Positions 1 to 14,527 of a stretch of DNA of 64,000 nt are shown piece by piece. This stretch comes from Octopus vulgaris (Eukaryota): positions 78,616,001 through 78,680,000 of the forward strand of contig OX597824.1 of assembly GCA_951406725.2 (NCBI GenBank). Direction: 5' to 3'. Each line of letters begins with the position of its first letter. Positions within the stretch are counted from its first letter, which is position 1. The position numbers and the translations under genes are program-made. The notes under the pieces were generated by a model. The model had not been told where the DNA came from. It saw nothing but the letters and a program-made list of their open reading frames with translations, and did not search any database.

Positions 1-36
<36 letters not shown>

Positions 37-1102
37 TGTAGAGACAGACATACAGACAGTGATTGAAAGAGGGGTGCAAAATCTAAACATGGAGAACAAT
101 AAGATATATGGCAGTGCAAATACATGCACATTTGAGGGAGTGGTCTTAATCACATGCACTAAATATGCGAATATATGCACATGCATAATGGGTGTGCATC
201 TGTGTGTTGCATATGTGTGCGCATGCGTGTTTCTGTACGCGTGTGTGCGTGGTGTGTGTGTGTGTGTGCGCGTGTCCATTCGTGTGGGTAAATAGAAAGA
301 ACCTTGTGTAAATGCTTCCGTGCACAGATGTCGGTTCGAGTTATGAATAAAGTAAGATGAATAAACACATAAATGAATAAATATATAAACAACTGATGTT
401 AACTAATGATGCTGTGGAGAAGTCATTTCTCCTTTGATCTTCTAATTGAGAGTAAATATTTATCTTCACTGCAATCTGTTGCCGTCCGTGTTCCCGGCCT
501 TAATTTCTTTACATCTTAACTACTGAGCTATACATATATTAAACTGTACAAATATTAACTACTGTTTATAGCAATATGCTCCTGACGGTCCTTTTATATT
601 TACTATATTAACACATTACCTTATAATATATTAATGTATTACTACATCAATTCATCACTTGGCTAATTTATCTTTGGCCCTTGTTGATCAACGCAGTCAT
701 ATGTATCATAAAACTTTATGAGCTCTGCTTCACCATATTTATAATTTTGCCTCTATTTTATTTAATTTTCTATAATTTTTTTGTCCTTTTTTTCCATTTA
801 TATATGTTCTCTTACAACAAAGCAAAACTGCATTGCAAACCCAAGCGTTGACATGTAGAAGCATAAGACTATGACAGTCCCCCTCTTTGCATCCAGGCTG
901 TACACTGTTTTATAAATCTAACATTTTCGCATGTCTTTTAAATTTTTTATTATGACTTTTGTTTCTGTAGAAACTTTTTCTTTCTAGAAGCTTCATATAA
1001 TGGATGTATGTGCTTCAGTATTGACTGCTGTCTGAACAACGGAAACTTGAAACTTGAAATAAAGTAAGGGGAGTTTTGGGGTCAAAATAAATAAGTTGAA
1101 CT

Positions 1103-1512
1103 CTCATTTACTCTTCACTCTTTTAGTTGTTTCAGTCATTTGACTGAGGCCATGCTGGAGCATCACCTTTAGTCGAGCAAATCGACCCCAGAACTTATTC
1201 TTTGGAAGCCTAGTACTTATTCTATCGGTCTCTTATGCTGAACCGCTAAATTACGGGTACGTAAACACACCATCATCGGTTGTCAAGCGATTTTGGGTGT
1301 CAAACACAGACACAAACACACACACATATATACACATATACATATGTACGACGGGCTTCTTTCAGTTTCCGTCTATCAAATCCACTCACAAGGCTTTGGT
1401 CGGCTTGAGTCTATTGTAGAAGACAATTGCCCAAGTTGCCACGCAGTGGGACTGAACCCGGAACAATGTGGTTGGTAAGCAAGCTACTTACCAAATAGCT
1501 ACTCCTGCGCCT
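1103..1512 (-). mobile_element. tRNA-derived SINE family A (internal CA/TA microsatellite, CR1-like 3' tail), near full length
   Basis: Matches many copies in the window: head ggcgcaggagtggctgtgtggtaag (A box), ggttcagtccc (B box), ccttgggcaagt, and tail cagtcaaatgactgaaac followed by aagagta-type repeats. Confidence 0.9.
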
Positions 1513-1519
1513 ATATCTA

Positions 1520-1581
<62 letters not shown>

Positions 1582-2431
1582 TAGCTATAGGCTATCATAT
1601 ATCCATATATCATGTATATATATCATATATACAGATGTACGACAAGCTTCTTTCAGTTTCCATCTATCAAATTATTACGGCTTTTGTTGGTTCGAAGCTT
1701 TAGTAGAAGATATTTGCTCCAGATACCACGCAATGGGACTGAAACCAAAACCATGTTGTTGGGAAGCAAACTTCTTATCACTCAGTCACATCTACGCCTG
1801 TACCAAGAAAGACCCCTAATTAGACAATAGCTGAAAAAGAAAACAGAACAGTGAGGATTTAGACAATAAGAATTATAGCATTTGTTAAGAAGCGCAGGAC
1901 AAAACTTAAGAATAAAAGAACTATTAATTGTAGCAGAGGATCAAAGACTTCTAACCAGAAATGCCAAAACATGTAATAAGTTCCAAGACATCTGATTACA
2001 ATGTTGATTCTTTTTCGAATATGTACAATTTAATCAATACAATGCTTCAAAATGATCTCAGACATCACCTTCCTTTTTGTAATTCCGTTTACATCTAGCT
2101 GGATAAATATACGGTTATGTCCGTACGTCTGTTTTTCAATTGACTGGGTAATATAACATCTCTGAGGAAAATTGTTAGAAACTACACGTCTGTCGTTAAT
2201 TTGTTTTCAACGTCGTGTTTTTCTGGCAAAGCCAAAGTAAGCGAGGAAAACAATGATTGTTTTGTTTTTTCTCGTAATTCACCAATATAATCATGGACAT
2301 TTGTAGATGAAGATTGCTGCAACAGCTAATTGACGAGAAATACCTACGGATTGCTTTAATTCGAACATTTTCATCTTGCCGTCGTACCTCGACAGGAAGC
2401 AGTTGATATTTTGCGCAATGTCTCCCTCATC

Positions 2432-2544
<113 letters not shown>

Positions 2545-2638
2545 ATCACAGTTTTTGATAAAGATCTGAGGTCAAAAATTTAAAACACACGATAACACTT
2601 TTATAAAAAGCGCATTGTTATGGCCTTTCAAACCTGTT

Positions 2639-2747
<109 letters not shown>

Positions 2748-2770
2748 AACATATATATACACATATATAA

Positions 2771-2815
<45 letters not shown>

Positions 2816-2922
2816 CACATATATACATATATATGTATGTATCTATCCGTATACACGTAATTAAATATGTATGAATATGTCTGTGCATATATATTTATAT
2901 ATATGTACACACATATATATAA

Positions 2923-2964
<42 letters not shown>

Positions 2965-3363
2965 CATATATTATATATACACATACCTATATACCATATT
3001 GATTGATCACAGCATGTACACCTGATATTTCTGACTGGGTGGGGTAAGCTAGCTATAGCAAATATACCGCATTATTAGCAGCTGCAGTAAATATAGCAGC
3101 ATCTGTTAGAACATCTGTTTGGAAGAAACAGGAAAAACAACAACAGCAACATTTGCTCAAACTGTAAGAAATGATAGCCAACTCTGTCACAGTCTGTAAG
3201 AAATATCAGTCAACTTTATCGTAAATCAGACGCCCTCGTCTTGAAAAAATGGAAGTATATATTGGGCAAGATAGTAATTGATATCCAAAGAGTAAATTCT
3301 AGGGTGCATTTAATCATAGGATTGATCGATTAAGCTTCTTTTTTTTTCTTTATTTCTATCCTT

Positions 3364-3745
3364 TAGGTGCAGGCCTGGCTGTGTGGTAAGTAGTTTGTTT
3401 CTCAACCACATGGTTCCGGGTTCATTACCGGTGCGTGATTCATTGGGCAAATGTCTTTTACTATAATAGACTTGGGCCGTCGAAAGCCATGTGAGCAGAT
3501 TTGGTAGAGGGGAAACTGAAAGAATCCCGTCGTACGTGTGTACGTGTGTGTGTGTGCGTGTGTGTGTATGTGAGTGTGCATGTGTGTGTGTGAGTGCACG
3601 TGTGTGTGTGAGTGCACGTATGTGTGTGAGTGCACGTGTGTGTGCACGTGTGTGCGTATGTGTGCCTGTGTTGGTCCCTTACCACAACTCAACAATCAGT
3701 GTTGGTGTGTTTACGTCACGTAACTTAGCGGTTCGGCCAAACAAA
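3364..3745 (+). mobile_element. SINE family A, 3'-truncated
   Basis: Head ggtgcaggcctggctgtgtggtaag and expanded internal (GT)n; sequence stops after ggttcggc. Confidence 0.85.
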
Positions 3746-3823
3746 CCCAGGGCGCCTCACGAGTCTAGAGGTGGGGGTCTAATTCAGATCTATTGCTGCC
3801 AGTCAATAAATAACGATTTCAAA

Positions 3824-4450
3824 TTTTGGCACAAGACCAACAATTTCGAGAGAAGAAGTAAGTCGATCACATCGACCCCAGCGCTCAACTGGTACTTATT
3901 TCATCGACCCCGAAAACATGAAAAGCAAAGTCGGCAAAGTGCGTAACTGGTACTTCATTTATCGACCCCGAAAAGATGAAAGGCAAAGTCGACCTCAGTG
4001 GAGTTTGAACTCAGAACGTGGCGGCAAAAGAAATACCTATTTCTTTACTGCCCACAAGGAGCTGCACACAGAGGTGATAAACAAAGACAGACAAACGAAT
4101 TAAGTCGGGTACATCGACCCCAATGCGTATCTGCTACTTATTTAATCGACTCCGAAAGGATGAAAGCCAAAGTCGACCTCGGCGGAATTTGAACTCACAA
4201 CGTAAGGGCAGACGAAATACCTATTTCTTTATTATACACAAGGAACTAAACATAGAGGGGACAAACAAGGACAGGTAAACGGATTAAGTCGATTACATCG
4301 ACCACAGTGCGTAACTGGTACTTAATTTATCGACCCCGAAAGGATGAAAGGCAAAGTCGACCTCGGCGGAATTTTAACTCAGAACGTAACAGCAGACGAA
4401 ATACCGCTAAGCATTTCGCCCGGCGTGCTAACGATTCTGCCAGCTCGCAG
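3824..4450 (-). mobile_element. MetaSINE-type SINE family B, head-to-tail multimer (about 3-4 units)
   Basis: Repeated gcctttcatcctttcggggtcgataaa...gtacc core (MetaSINE-like); units joined at gaaatac|ctatttcttt. Confidence 0.85.
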
Positions 4451-4987
4451 TCCTATCAATCACTGAAATAATGCTAAAAAGATTAGTTCATTGATTTTTC
4501 CCAGGACCCTATAATACTTTTAATACGAACCTACCTACCTACCAGCATGGCCAAAGCTCAAAGACTGAAACAAGTAAACAATAAATTATTTCCTCATTTG
4601 AAACGTCCCAATACTTAACAAAATGCATTTCAAAGTTCCGGACAAGTCAGGCATAAACGTGAACCTTACAAAATCTATTATACTAGAAAAATGGCGGTTT
4701 AAACCGTGTTGCTCTAGAATTATAAAATGTTATTATCATTTATCACAGTCATGTCATGATAAGTCAGGAAGCATTTTTGCATCTACAACACACAACATAT
4801 ATTTCAAATCCCTAATAACAAATCCCGATAAGGTGGAGTAGTTCATATCAGTACGGTACATCATCCACACCTATTTGCGTAGAAAACATGCCTAATCCCA
4901 TTATCACATATACATATCTATATACGCAATTATGTGAACGGTTCTGTAATCATATTTACACATGCACGCACACACGCACACACATAC

Positions 4988-5079
<92 letters not shown>

Positions 5080-5204
5080 GTGCGTGTGTGTATAAATAGA
5101 AAGTGTGTGTGTGAATGTGTGAAAGAGAAACAAACGTAAGTATTTAGATAAATTGCTCTGGTGATATATTTGCCCTGTGTCTATGTTTGTGTGCATATAT
5201 ACAT

Positions 5205-5273
<69 letters not shown>

Positions 5274-5291
5274 TACATAAATACATAGACA

Positions 5292-5323
<32 letters not shown>

Positions 5324-5327
5324 GTAC

Positions 5328-5395
<68 letters not shown>

Positions 5396-5426
5396 ATATA
5401 TATACATGAATACAGTATATATATAT

Positions 5427-5473
<47 letters not shown>

Positions 5474-5489
5474 CATACATACATATATA

Positions 5490-5528
<39 letters not shown>

Positions 5529-5531
5529 TAT

Positions 5532-5570
<39 letters not shown>

Positions 5571-6116
5571 AGCAGAGACAGATAGGGAGATTTGAATATG
5601 TGTGTTTACACAGACTGCTTTCTGATACTAGATCTATTTTGTTTTTTGTTTGTTTTTTTTTTAGGAGAAATTAAATACTAAATAAATGGTAGCTTTTAGA
5701 AAATTAAGTTATCAAAAATCGATCAACTATATGGCGTCGTGTATGCTAAAACTTGTTTTATATTATTTTTATTTTCTCTCACACTCGCCTCTGTACAAGC
5801 CATATACCCACACTGAACACATTTTCAAACATTCATCGATAAAACTGCAATTTCCCACAACACTCCTACAGCCTCGTCTTATCTAAAACCGATAGAAAGC
5901 CGCAGCAAAATAGTACTGGATAAAATGCCTCTTGCCATGTTAGATTACGTCCATTTACTTATTCAGTTAAAAATCTCGTCTACATCGACATAGACTGCTA
6001 ATGAGTATGTAGACTTATCTCCATTTTCTCTTACTCTTGTGCTTGTTTCAATCATTGGACTGCGACCAAACAGGAGCACTATCTATATAAGAAATAATAA
6101 TAATAATAATTTGGAA

Positions 6117-6347
6117 GGCGGCGAGCTGGCAGAATCGTTTGCCCGTCGGGCGAAATGTTTAGCGGTACTTCGTTTGCCGCTACATTCTGAGTTCAAATTC
6201 CGCCGAGGTCGACTTTGCCTTTCATCCTTTCGGGGTTGATTAAACAGGTACTATTTACGCACTGGGGTCGATGTAATCAACTTAATCCCTTTTCTGTCCT
6301 TGTTTGTTCCCTCTATCTTTAGCCCCTTGTGGGCAATAAAGAAACAA
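6117..6347 (+). mobile_element. SINE family B, full length
   Basis: ggcggcgagctggcagaatcg head, gagttcaaattcc B box, Meta core, aaagaaa end. Confidence 0.9.
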
Positions 6348-6356
6348 ATAATAATT

Positions 6357-6864
6357 TGAAAGTGTTATCATGTACATTGTTTTGTCTTGGTATAAAAGAT
6401 GGGCTACAGCAAATATTCTGCTCAATACCACAGATTTGCTTGTCAGTTGTTTGACCATAACCAGTTGAGCATGTCCCTTAGTGGCTGGTGACGATATGTG
6501 CATCCCTGATCATGAGCAGAAAGTAGTGAGGGAGCATCATAGCCATGTGTTGAGAGGAATTATTTGGGGTTTGAATAATTCACCTCTGGAAACATGGGTG
6601 TTTCGTTCAACATCCTTAAACAAACCTTATTCAGGGACCTTTTGAGCGGGATGGGTTACTCGACCAGAAGAAAATACTAACTGGGCCCCACCTGCAAGGT
6701 CATGTGCTGTTTATCTTGATATGAGATCACCATGTCGCGCACATATGGTTGTGATGCATGTGCCTAGTGTACCCTTATCAGACGGGTAGTCATGATGGGT
6801 ATACTTGGCTTCGTATATTTTACCCCAGTGTCACTTTGATGGCATGCACTGCTTTCTCACTCAA
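6357..6864 (+). mobile_element. ~550-bp non-coding interspersed repeat (family D) in (AAT)n; strand arbitrary
   Basis: Homologous to 10195-10555, 36918-37432 and the reverse of 62708-63250; ends ctcactcaa then an (aat)n-type tract. Confidence 0.85.
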
Positions 6865-6884
6865 CAATAATAATAACAATAATG

Positions 6885-6943
<59 letters not shown>

Positions 6944-7014
6944 GAGGAGGAAGAGGAGGAGGAAGATGATGATGATGATGATAAGAATAATAATGGTTTC
7001 AAATTTTTCCACAA

Positions 7015-7202
7015 GGGCAACCATTTTGAGGGAGGAGATGAGTCGAATACGCCGACCCCAGTGTTTTACTGGTACTTAATTTATCGACCCCGAAAGAATG
7101 AAAGACAAAATCGACCTCGGCTGAATTTGAACTCAGAACGTCGCGACGGGCGAAATACCGCTGAGCATTTCGTCCAGCGCTCCAACGATTCTGCCAGCTC
7201 CC
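7015..7202 (-). mobile_element. SINE family B, diverged copy
   Basis: atcgaccccgaaagaatgaaagacaaaatcgacctcgg...gattctgccagctc. Confidence 0.8.
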
Positions 7203-7214
7203 TGGCAGTTCTTA

Positions 7215-7640
7215 TCGCCTCTATAAGGACAGTATCTGTCTCCTACACGAGTACGCATCCCAGAAGCCACCAAATATCTAGTCCTGGGAGAATTTTAGGA
7301 ACGCGGACACGGGCTGTACGTTTCCCCAAGTGAGAGTGGTACCTGATGACTTTGCTGGTTTTGCAGGGGTTCATTGAATGTTTCACAGCGAGGGGTTCTG
7401 ATTTAAACAGCACCGTATTGTTTGCCCCTTCGCTATGTAGTCGATGTCATTTCTTATGCACCTCAGTGCCGCGTCATTATCTACTTGAGCTATCAAAGCT
7501 GCTGTTTTTATATCTGCTGAGATGCATCCGAAAAGCACCGAAAAGCCTCTGATGGGCTCGTGAGATTTGCCCAATTGTTCTCTTGTTTAATTAATTTCCA
7601 TGCTTCTAGGAACATCTGCTCCCTATTCATGAGGTCTACG
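7215..7640 (-). pseudogene. possible degenerate LINE (Tx1/L1-like) ORF1 remnant
   Basis: Complex, non-repetitive sequence; the minus strand reads ...HLGKRTARVRVPKILPGLDIWWLL... with stops; family assignment from resemblance only. Confidence 0.3.
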
Positions 7641-8269
7641 GTATATCGGTGTTTTGCCTTGGCTGCTGCTACTGCTGCAAAACTATTTTTGATATTTTTA
7701 TCTGCATTGTTTTCTTGTTGTTGTTGTTGTTGTTGCTACTGCTGCTGCGGCTGCCGTTGTTGCTGTTCTTATCGATGTAGCTGGTATTGGTTTTGTCGTT
7801 CTTGCTCTCGTTGTTATTGTTATTGCTGTTGCTACTGCCACTGCTACTGCTTTCTTTTTCGTGGTTGTTGCTGCTCTCACTACTACCACTACCACTGCTG
7901 CTGCTGCGGCAGCTATCAATGTTGCGGCTGTCTTCTTCTTCTTCTTCTTCTTCTTCTTCTTCTTCTTCTTCTTCTTCTTCTTCTTTCTTCTTTTTCCAAT
8001 CAGGACAAAGAATAATCTCTAATTCGAGCCTGCTCTAAGCTATTAAGAATGCGTGTGGCAACTTAGAGACCCACCCACCAAACGCGATAGACTGGCGGTT
8101 GCACGGGCGCGAAAGCTACGTTGTTATCCTCATTCCGTAAACGGTGTCTTTTAATGAGTGGAGTGCTGAACCATCCTGGAGTACAGAGGATTCGCAATCT
8201 AGACTAGGGTCTGAAAGTTTACCACACCATAGTGGGTTACACCATGGTTCCTCTGCTTTATGGCTGGAA

Positions 8270-8449
8270 TAGGAAGAAAGAGTAAGAGAAAGCTGTGACA
8301 GAGTACAGCGGGGTTCACCCCATCCCCGCCGGAGCCTCGTGAAGCTTAGGTGTTTTTTCTCAATAAACACTCACAATGCCCGGGGAATCGAAACCTCGTT
8401 CTTACGACCGAGAGTCCGCTGCTCTAACCACTGGGCCATTGCGCCTCCA
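8270..8449 (-). mobile_element. tRNA-derived SINE family C, 5' part
   Basis: tggaggcgcaatggcccagtggttag head and ggtttcgattccc B box; matches 25555-25940 and 54415-54695. Confidence 0.85.
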
Positions 8450-8919
8450 CACTGTTACTGTTGTCATTTCTAATGCTGTTAGTGTTTCTGCTACCATTGT
8501 TATTACGGTTCGTTGTATTTTGTACCATATCAGTCTTGTTCTTCTCCTCCTCCCCTTCCCCTATACTTTTGCGCGTGACAGGGAGAAGGGGAGGCAAGTC
8601 TTCATTTATTACCATATTGGTATGAGAGTTTGTTTTATTATCCTCAACTCTCTGAAGACGCGTTCCGCCATCTTGCTGGGTTTATTGACTCCATTAAATT
8701 TTAACGCCCAACGAATTTATTTGGTTGACCGAAAATCGCCCCACTGGGGGTTACACACAACAACAATATAAAACCAGTAATAGGTTCCTGGTGCTTCTAT
8801 TCACAACTTGGAATAAAATGATTATTGCAAAAAGACACCAAACCTGGTGTAGATAAATATTTTGAAACGAACTTACTTGAAGCGTTCGAAAACACGTCCG
8901 ATGTGTTACACAGCAACTA

Positions 8920-8975
8920 TCATAATAATAATGATGATGATGATGATGATGATGATGTTGATGATGATGGTGATG

Positions 8976-9006
<31 letters not shown>

Positions 9007-9053
9007 TAATAATAAAACTTTGATAATAATAATAATAATAATAATAAACTTTG

Positions 9054-9125
<72 letters not shown>

Positions 9126-9156
9126 CTTTGATAATAATAATGATAATAAAACTTTG

Positions 9157-9240
<84 letters not shown>

Positions 9241-9245
9241 CTTTG

Positions 9246-9328
<83 letters not shown>

Positions 9329-9332
9329 TTTG

Positions 9333-9410
<78 letters not shown>

Positions 9411-9415
9411 CTTTG

Positions 9416-9472
<57 letters not shown>

Positions 9473-9590
9473 CTTTGAATTCAATATAATAATAATAATA
9501 ATAATAATAATAAAATACCCAAAGGCGAATAATAATAATAATAATAATAATAATATGCAAGCAACAAATAATAATAATAATAATAATAAT
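8920..9590. repeat. compound (AAT)n array punctuated by aaaactttg
   Basis: About 8 recurrences of aaactttg separated by variable (aat)n runs. Confidence 0.9.
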
Positions 9591-9593
9591 AAA

Positions 9594-9928
9594 ATTCACT
9601 GGTAATCTGTAAAAACCTGGATTTGCCCAGAAAACTGTGGAACACAAACCACCCCAGTGCTTGAAAATGACCACATACTCCTCTGAACTTCACCATTCAA
9701 ACGACAGGAAGATAGATGCAAATAGCCAGACATCATATTGAAAACTTCAAACAAAGAACATGCCTCCTCATTGATATGACTGTCCCAATCGATATAAACG
9801 TATCTGTCAAGACCTACCAAAACTGAGCAAATATAAAGATCTTGAAATAGAAATCAGCAAAATGTGGAAGCTGAAGACTAAACAATACCTGTTGTCATAG
9901 GTGCCCTGGGAATGATAGCTTTCAAAAG

Positions 9929-9981
<53 letters not shown>

Positions 9982-10011
9982 TTTGTACAAATATAAAGCA
10001 AAAGTCAAACA
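9594..10011 (+). mobile_element. Dong/R4-like retrotransposon fragments (RLE region plus extreme 3' end)
   Basis: Near-identical to 36195-36540 and 36800-36830 but with many small deletions; embedded in (AAT)n. Confidence 0.85.
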
Positions 10012-10194
10012 TAGAATAATAATAATAATAATTAATTAATAATAATTTGCAAATATTAGAAGAAGAAGAAGAAGAAGAAGAAGAAGAAGAAGAAGAAGAA
10101 GAAGAAGAAGAAGAAGAAGAAGAAGAAGAAGAAGAAGAAGAAAAAGAAAAAGAAGAAGAAAAAGGAGAATGAATGAATGAATGAATGAATGAAC

Positions 10195-10555
10195 GCCATG
10201 ATGCAGTACTATGCAGTGGTTCTCATAGCTTTTGGTCTTAATTGATTGGAAGTGTTATCATGTACATTTTTTTTTGTTTTGGTATAAATGATGGGCAACA
10301 GCAAATATTCTGCTCAATACCACAGATTTGCTTGTCAGTTGTTTAGCCTTAACTATTTGAGCATGTCCCTTAGTGGCTGACGATATGTGCAACTCTGGTG
10401 ATGAGCAGAAGTATTGGAGGAGCGGCATAGCCATATGTCGGGAGGAATTCTTTGGGGCTTGAATAATACACCTCTGGAAACATGGGTGCTTTGTTCATCA
10501 TTCTTAAAACAAACGTTATTTAGGAACCTTTTGAGCAAGATGGGCTACTCAACCT
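10195..10555 (+). mobile_element. family D repeat, partial, fused to a SINE B fragment (10553-10695)
   Basis: gccatgatgcagtac...gggctactcaacctga joins directly to gagttcaaattccgcc. Confidence 0.8.
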
Positions 10556-10694
10556 GAGTTCAAATTCCGCCGAAGTTGACTTTGCTTTTCATCCTTTCCG
10601 GGTCGATAATGTCAGTACCAGTTGAGCACTGGAGTTGATGTAATTGCCTTATCCCCTTCCCCGAAATTGATGGTCTTGTGTCAAAATTTGAAAC

Positions 10695-10928
<234 letters not shown>

Positions 10929-10932
10929 TTTG

Positions 10933-10966
<34 letters not shown>

Positions 10967-11399
10967 CATTATTATTACTATTATTATTATTATTATTATC
11001 ATTATTATTTTTTTTTGTTATTATTATCGTTGTTGTTGTTGTTATCATCATCATCATCATCATTATTGTTGCTCCAAATGATCATATACTGTTGCTTTCA
11101 CGCCTATCCAATTTCGATACCTTTCTTCGTTCTTATATCCTTATTCAATATTGTTATCGCTATTTTTTATTATTATCAATATATCAATATATTTAATGAT
11201 ATTACTGATCTCACCCTTTTACGTCCATATTATCCATCCCAATACACGCTCACATTGTTTCTTGTTTTATTTTGTTGCTTTATCTTGTCACCATAATTCA
11301 TTATCGTCTATTAATTATTAATATTTCCGCATTAGAAACACTAATAACATTTGGTTAATCTCGTCATTCTTCACTTGATGTTAACATCTTCTTTAACAC

Positions 11400-11760
11400 G
11401 AATATTAATAATTATTTCAGGTTAGATAGACATTAACACTCAGCAGCTAGAATCAGACCTGTTTTTGCTTTAATCCAGAACTTTTGTGGCATTGCTGGCT
11501 TTCGTTTTACATTGCTTCCACTCTGTTGAGTATATTGGTCATGGAGTGGTTTTTCCTTTCTATTTTTTTGTTCAATGTAATTTGAAATTCTTTTGATTTT
11601 TGTCTTTAATTTTTTTATAATCTTTTCTGCTGGTCTATCGTTATCTATGTATTTCATTGTTGCGTAGCTGGTTTCCAGCTAAATCTTCAATTTCAGTGTC
11701 AATAGTTCCATCATTTATATTATTTGTATTTCCTTCTGGCGTTTTATGTCCTTATTCCAT
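11400..11760 (-). pseudogene. old Dong/R4-like post-RT region remnant
   Basis: KEKPLHDQY...GLILAAE parallels WQEKLLYGKY...EGFIIAAQDQ of the 35.2-36.8 kb element. Confidence 0.55.
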
Positions 11761-12086
11761 ATATTATCGAGGTCGACTTTGCCTTTCATCTTTTCAGGGA
11801 AAATAATATAAGTACTGGCTGAGCAGTGGGGTCGATATAATCGATTAGCCTGCTTGCCCCAATATTACAGACTTTGCGCTTATAGCAGAAAGAATTGTTG
11901 TTGTTAGTTGAGCTAGCAGAATCAATGGTACGAAATGCCGCTGAAGAAATTAATTAATTTGTTATATGTGGGTAAGTCATATATCATATGTCCTGCTTGT
12001 AAAATTGTGTTCCGATGCAAACATTTTCACTGCGTAGATGTCAAAACTAAAACTAAACTAGCACACATATATATGCATAAATATGA

Positions 12087-12278
12087 TAGATCGGTAGCCA
12101 CTACGCACAATGTTTTTCTCTCCTTGTTTTTTTTTTTTCTGCGTCCCTTTCAGTAGAAGAGCGCAGGCTCGAAACGTAAAATACTTTTTTCAATTCCTGA
12201 GCGTTATACTAATACATCTGTTTGTTTTCTACACCACCTGTCTTCGTCTTTTGCTTTGTTCGTGAACTCTCCCCCCAC
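12087..12278 (+). mobile_element. putative Penelope-like 3' terminal (pLTR) fragment with a hammerhead-like motif, ending at (TA)n
   Basis: gaagagc-gcag-gctc-GAAACGTA at ~12156-12178; a reverse fragment of the same 3' end lies at 41438-41474. Confidence 0.5.
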
Positions 12279-12338
<60 letters not shown>

Positions 12339-12382
12339 ATGTATGTATGTATGTATGTATGTATGTATGTATAGATAGATAG

Positions 12383-12413
<31 letters not shown>

Positions 12414-12835
12414 CATACATACATACGTACGTACATACATGCATATACATATATGCATGTTCAAACACACATGCACATATGTATATATACATGCATACAT
12501 ACATACATAAATATACACATACATACAAAAATGTATATATGCGTTCGTACATACCTGCATACCTACATACATGCATGTATACATGCATACATACGTACAT
12601 ACTTATATATACGCATACATAAATAATTATTTTATATATTACAATAAAGAAGGTGGTGGTGGTGGTGGTGGTGGCGGCGGCGGCGGCGGTGGTGGTAGTG
12701 GTGGTGGTGGATGGTGACGTTGATGATGAAAATGATGATGAAAATGATGATGATGATGAGGAGGAGGAGGAGGAGGAGGAGGAGGATAGAGGTGGTCAGC
12801 GTCCGGATGACAAAGTCGGAGAAAGACACAATTGG

Positions 12836-12913
12836 AACTGTTTACATTATTTACATTCGACGGATATTTGTCCTCATCTTGTTTGTTGTTAACACAACGT
12901 TTCGGCTGATATA
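12836..12913 (-). mobile_element. putative Penelope-like terminal fragment carrying a hammerhead 3' half
   Basis: Minus strand tatatcagcc-GAAACGTT-gtgtt (GAAA, palindromic ACGT, UH); 5' half absent. Confidence 0.4.
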
Positions 12914-12934
12914 AAACTAAACTATTAGTTTTTT

Positions 12935-13330
12935 GAGAGAAGAGACAAATCGATTACGTCGACCTCAGTATTAAACTGGTACTTATTTCATCGACCCAGA
13001 AAGGATGAAAGACAAAGTCGACCTCAGCGGAATTTGAACTCAGAACATAAACACGGAAGACATACCTATTTCTTTATTACCCACAAGGGGCTAAACACAG
13101 AGGGGACAAACAAGGACAGACATAGGTATTAAGTGCGTAACTGGTACTTAATTTATCGACCCCGAAAGGATGAAAGGCAAAGTCGACCTCGGCGGAATTT
13201 GAACTCACAACGTAACGCAGACGAAATACCGCTAAGCATTTCGCCCGGCGTGCTAACATTTCTGCCAGCTCGCCAGACATACCGCTAAGCATTTTGTCTG
13301 GCTTGCAAACGATTCTGCCAGCTCACTGCC
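12935..13330 (-). mobile_element. SINE B inserted into an older SINE B
   Basis: Inner copy 13067-13274 flanked by duplicated agacatacc (13058-13066, 13275-13283); host head at 13284-13330. Confidence 0.85.
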
Positions 13331-14527
13331 ATGTCTGTCATTATATTGGCTGTGTGTATGTCCTGCAAATCAGCAACAAAGAAAGATCAGTCAGATAAGT
13401 ACCATAATTTAAAAGAAGATCTCTGGTCATTATAAGCAAATAAGATCACTTTAAGGTGATGCTCCATTATGGTCAATGTCTTATTACTGAAACAAGTAAA
13501 ACAAATACAATGAATGAAAGAATGTATTCTACAGAAGTCTGATTTCGTACCAACATTACGAATAATTGGAACTGTCACATGACCGGAGGATGGGTATTTG
13601 AATTCCTTTGTGTAACATTTCAAACAATCAACCTATATATATCTCCCTGTTGGCTTTTCAAATAATTGTTTGTAGTTCAATCCCTTGGGACATAAAATTA
13701 TAATAGAGTTTCTTCTATGTTTTGATTCATAATTGATGCCAGAATCTTTAATGGCAGAACATTTTAAAGCCAGAAGTAGAATGATTTTGCGAGTGAGAGG
13801 TATGAAACGTCATAACGAATTGAAATATCTGATGATAAATATGATATTCTGGATAAATGGTAGCTTATTATAAAATAAAATTATTGCAATTCAATAAAAC
13901 CGATTGGCGTCTTGCCTGATGCAAGCAATTTAGATTTTAAGAATATATTTCTCGATATAGCAATTACACAGAAATTAAAAGAACAAGCAAAAGTACGCAC
14001 TCACACTCACACTCACACTCACACTCACGCATACAGACAGAGACATCAAAAGCAGAAATGAAGCGATAAACTTGAGTAATTCAGAAACAGAATAAACTCA
14101 ACTCATGATGAGACAATTGAATCAAATTGAATTTTGGGTCGTGCCAGAGGCTGTGTGTGGATAAACAAATTTGTATAAATCGCAATAAAATTTTGTGTTT
14201 TGTTTCGTTTTTTTTTTTGTTTTTTTTTGTTTTTTTTTCCGTCCTCGTGTTTAAAGTGAATTCACTTCAGCAATGTATTTTCTTCTAAATGAGTTCTGAA
14301 GAAACCCAAAAACTTCTGGGGTAAAAAAAAAAAAGGGCTATGGTTCCGAGACATAATGACTGTTTTTTTAAAAATAAAAATTTATGCGAATCTACTTTAC
14401 AAAAACATAACATGCTATTCATCAAAGTTATTGTATATACAGCTAAACACACGCACATACACACAAACACACACGCACACACACACACACACACACATAT
14501 ATATTTATATATATATATATATATATA

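Noticed and set aside
7560-8015. Cys-rich metallothionein-like ORF
   Set aside because: Product of TGY/GTT trinucleotide low complexity
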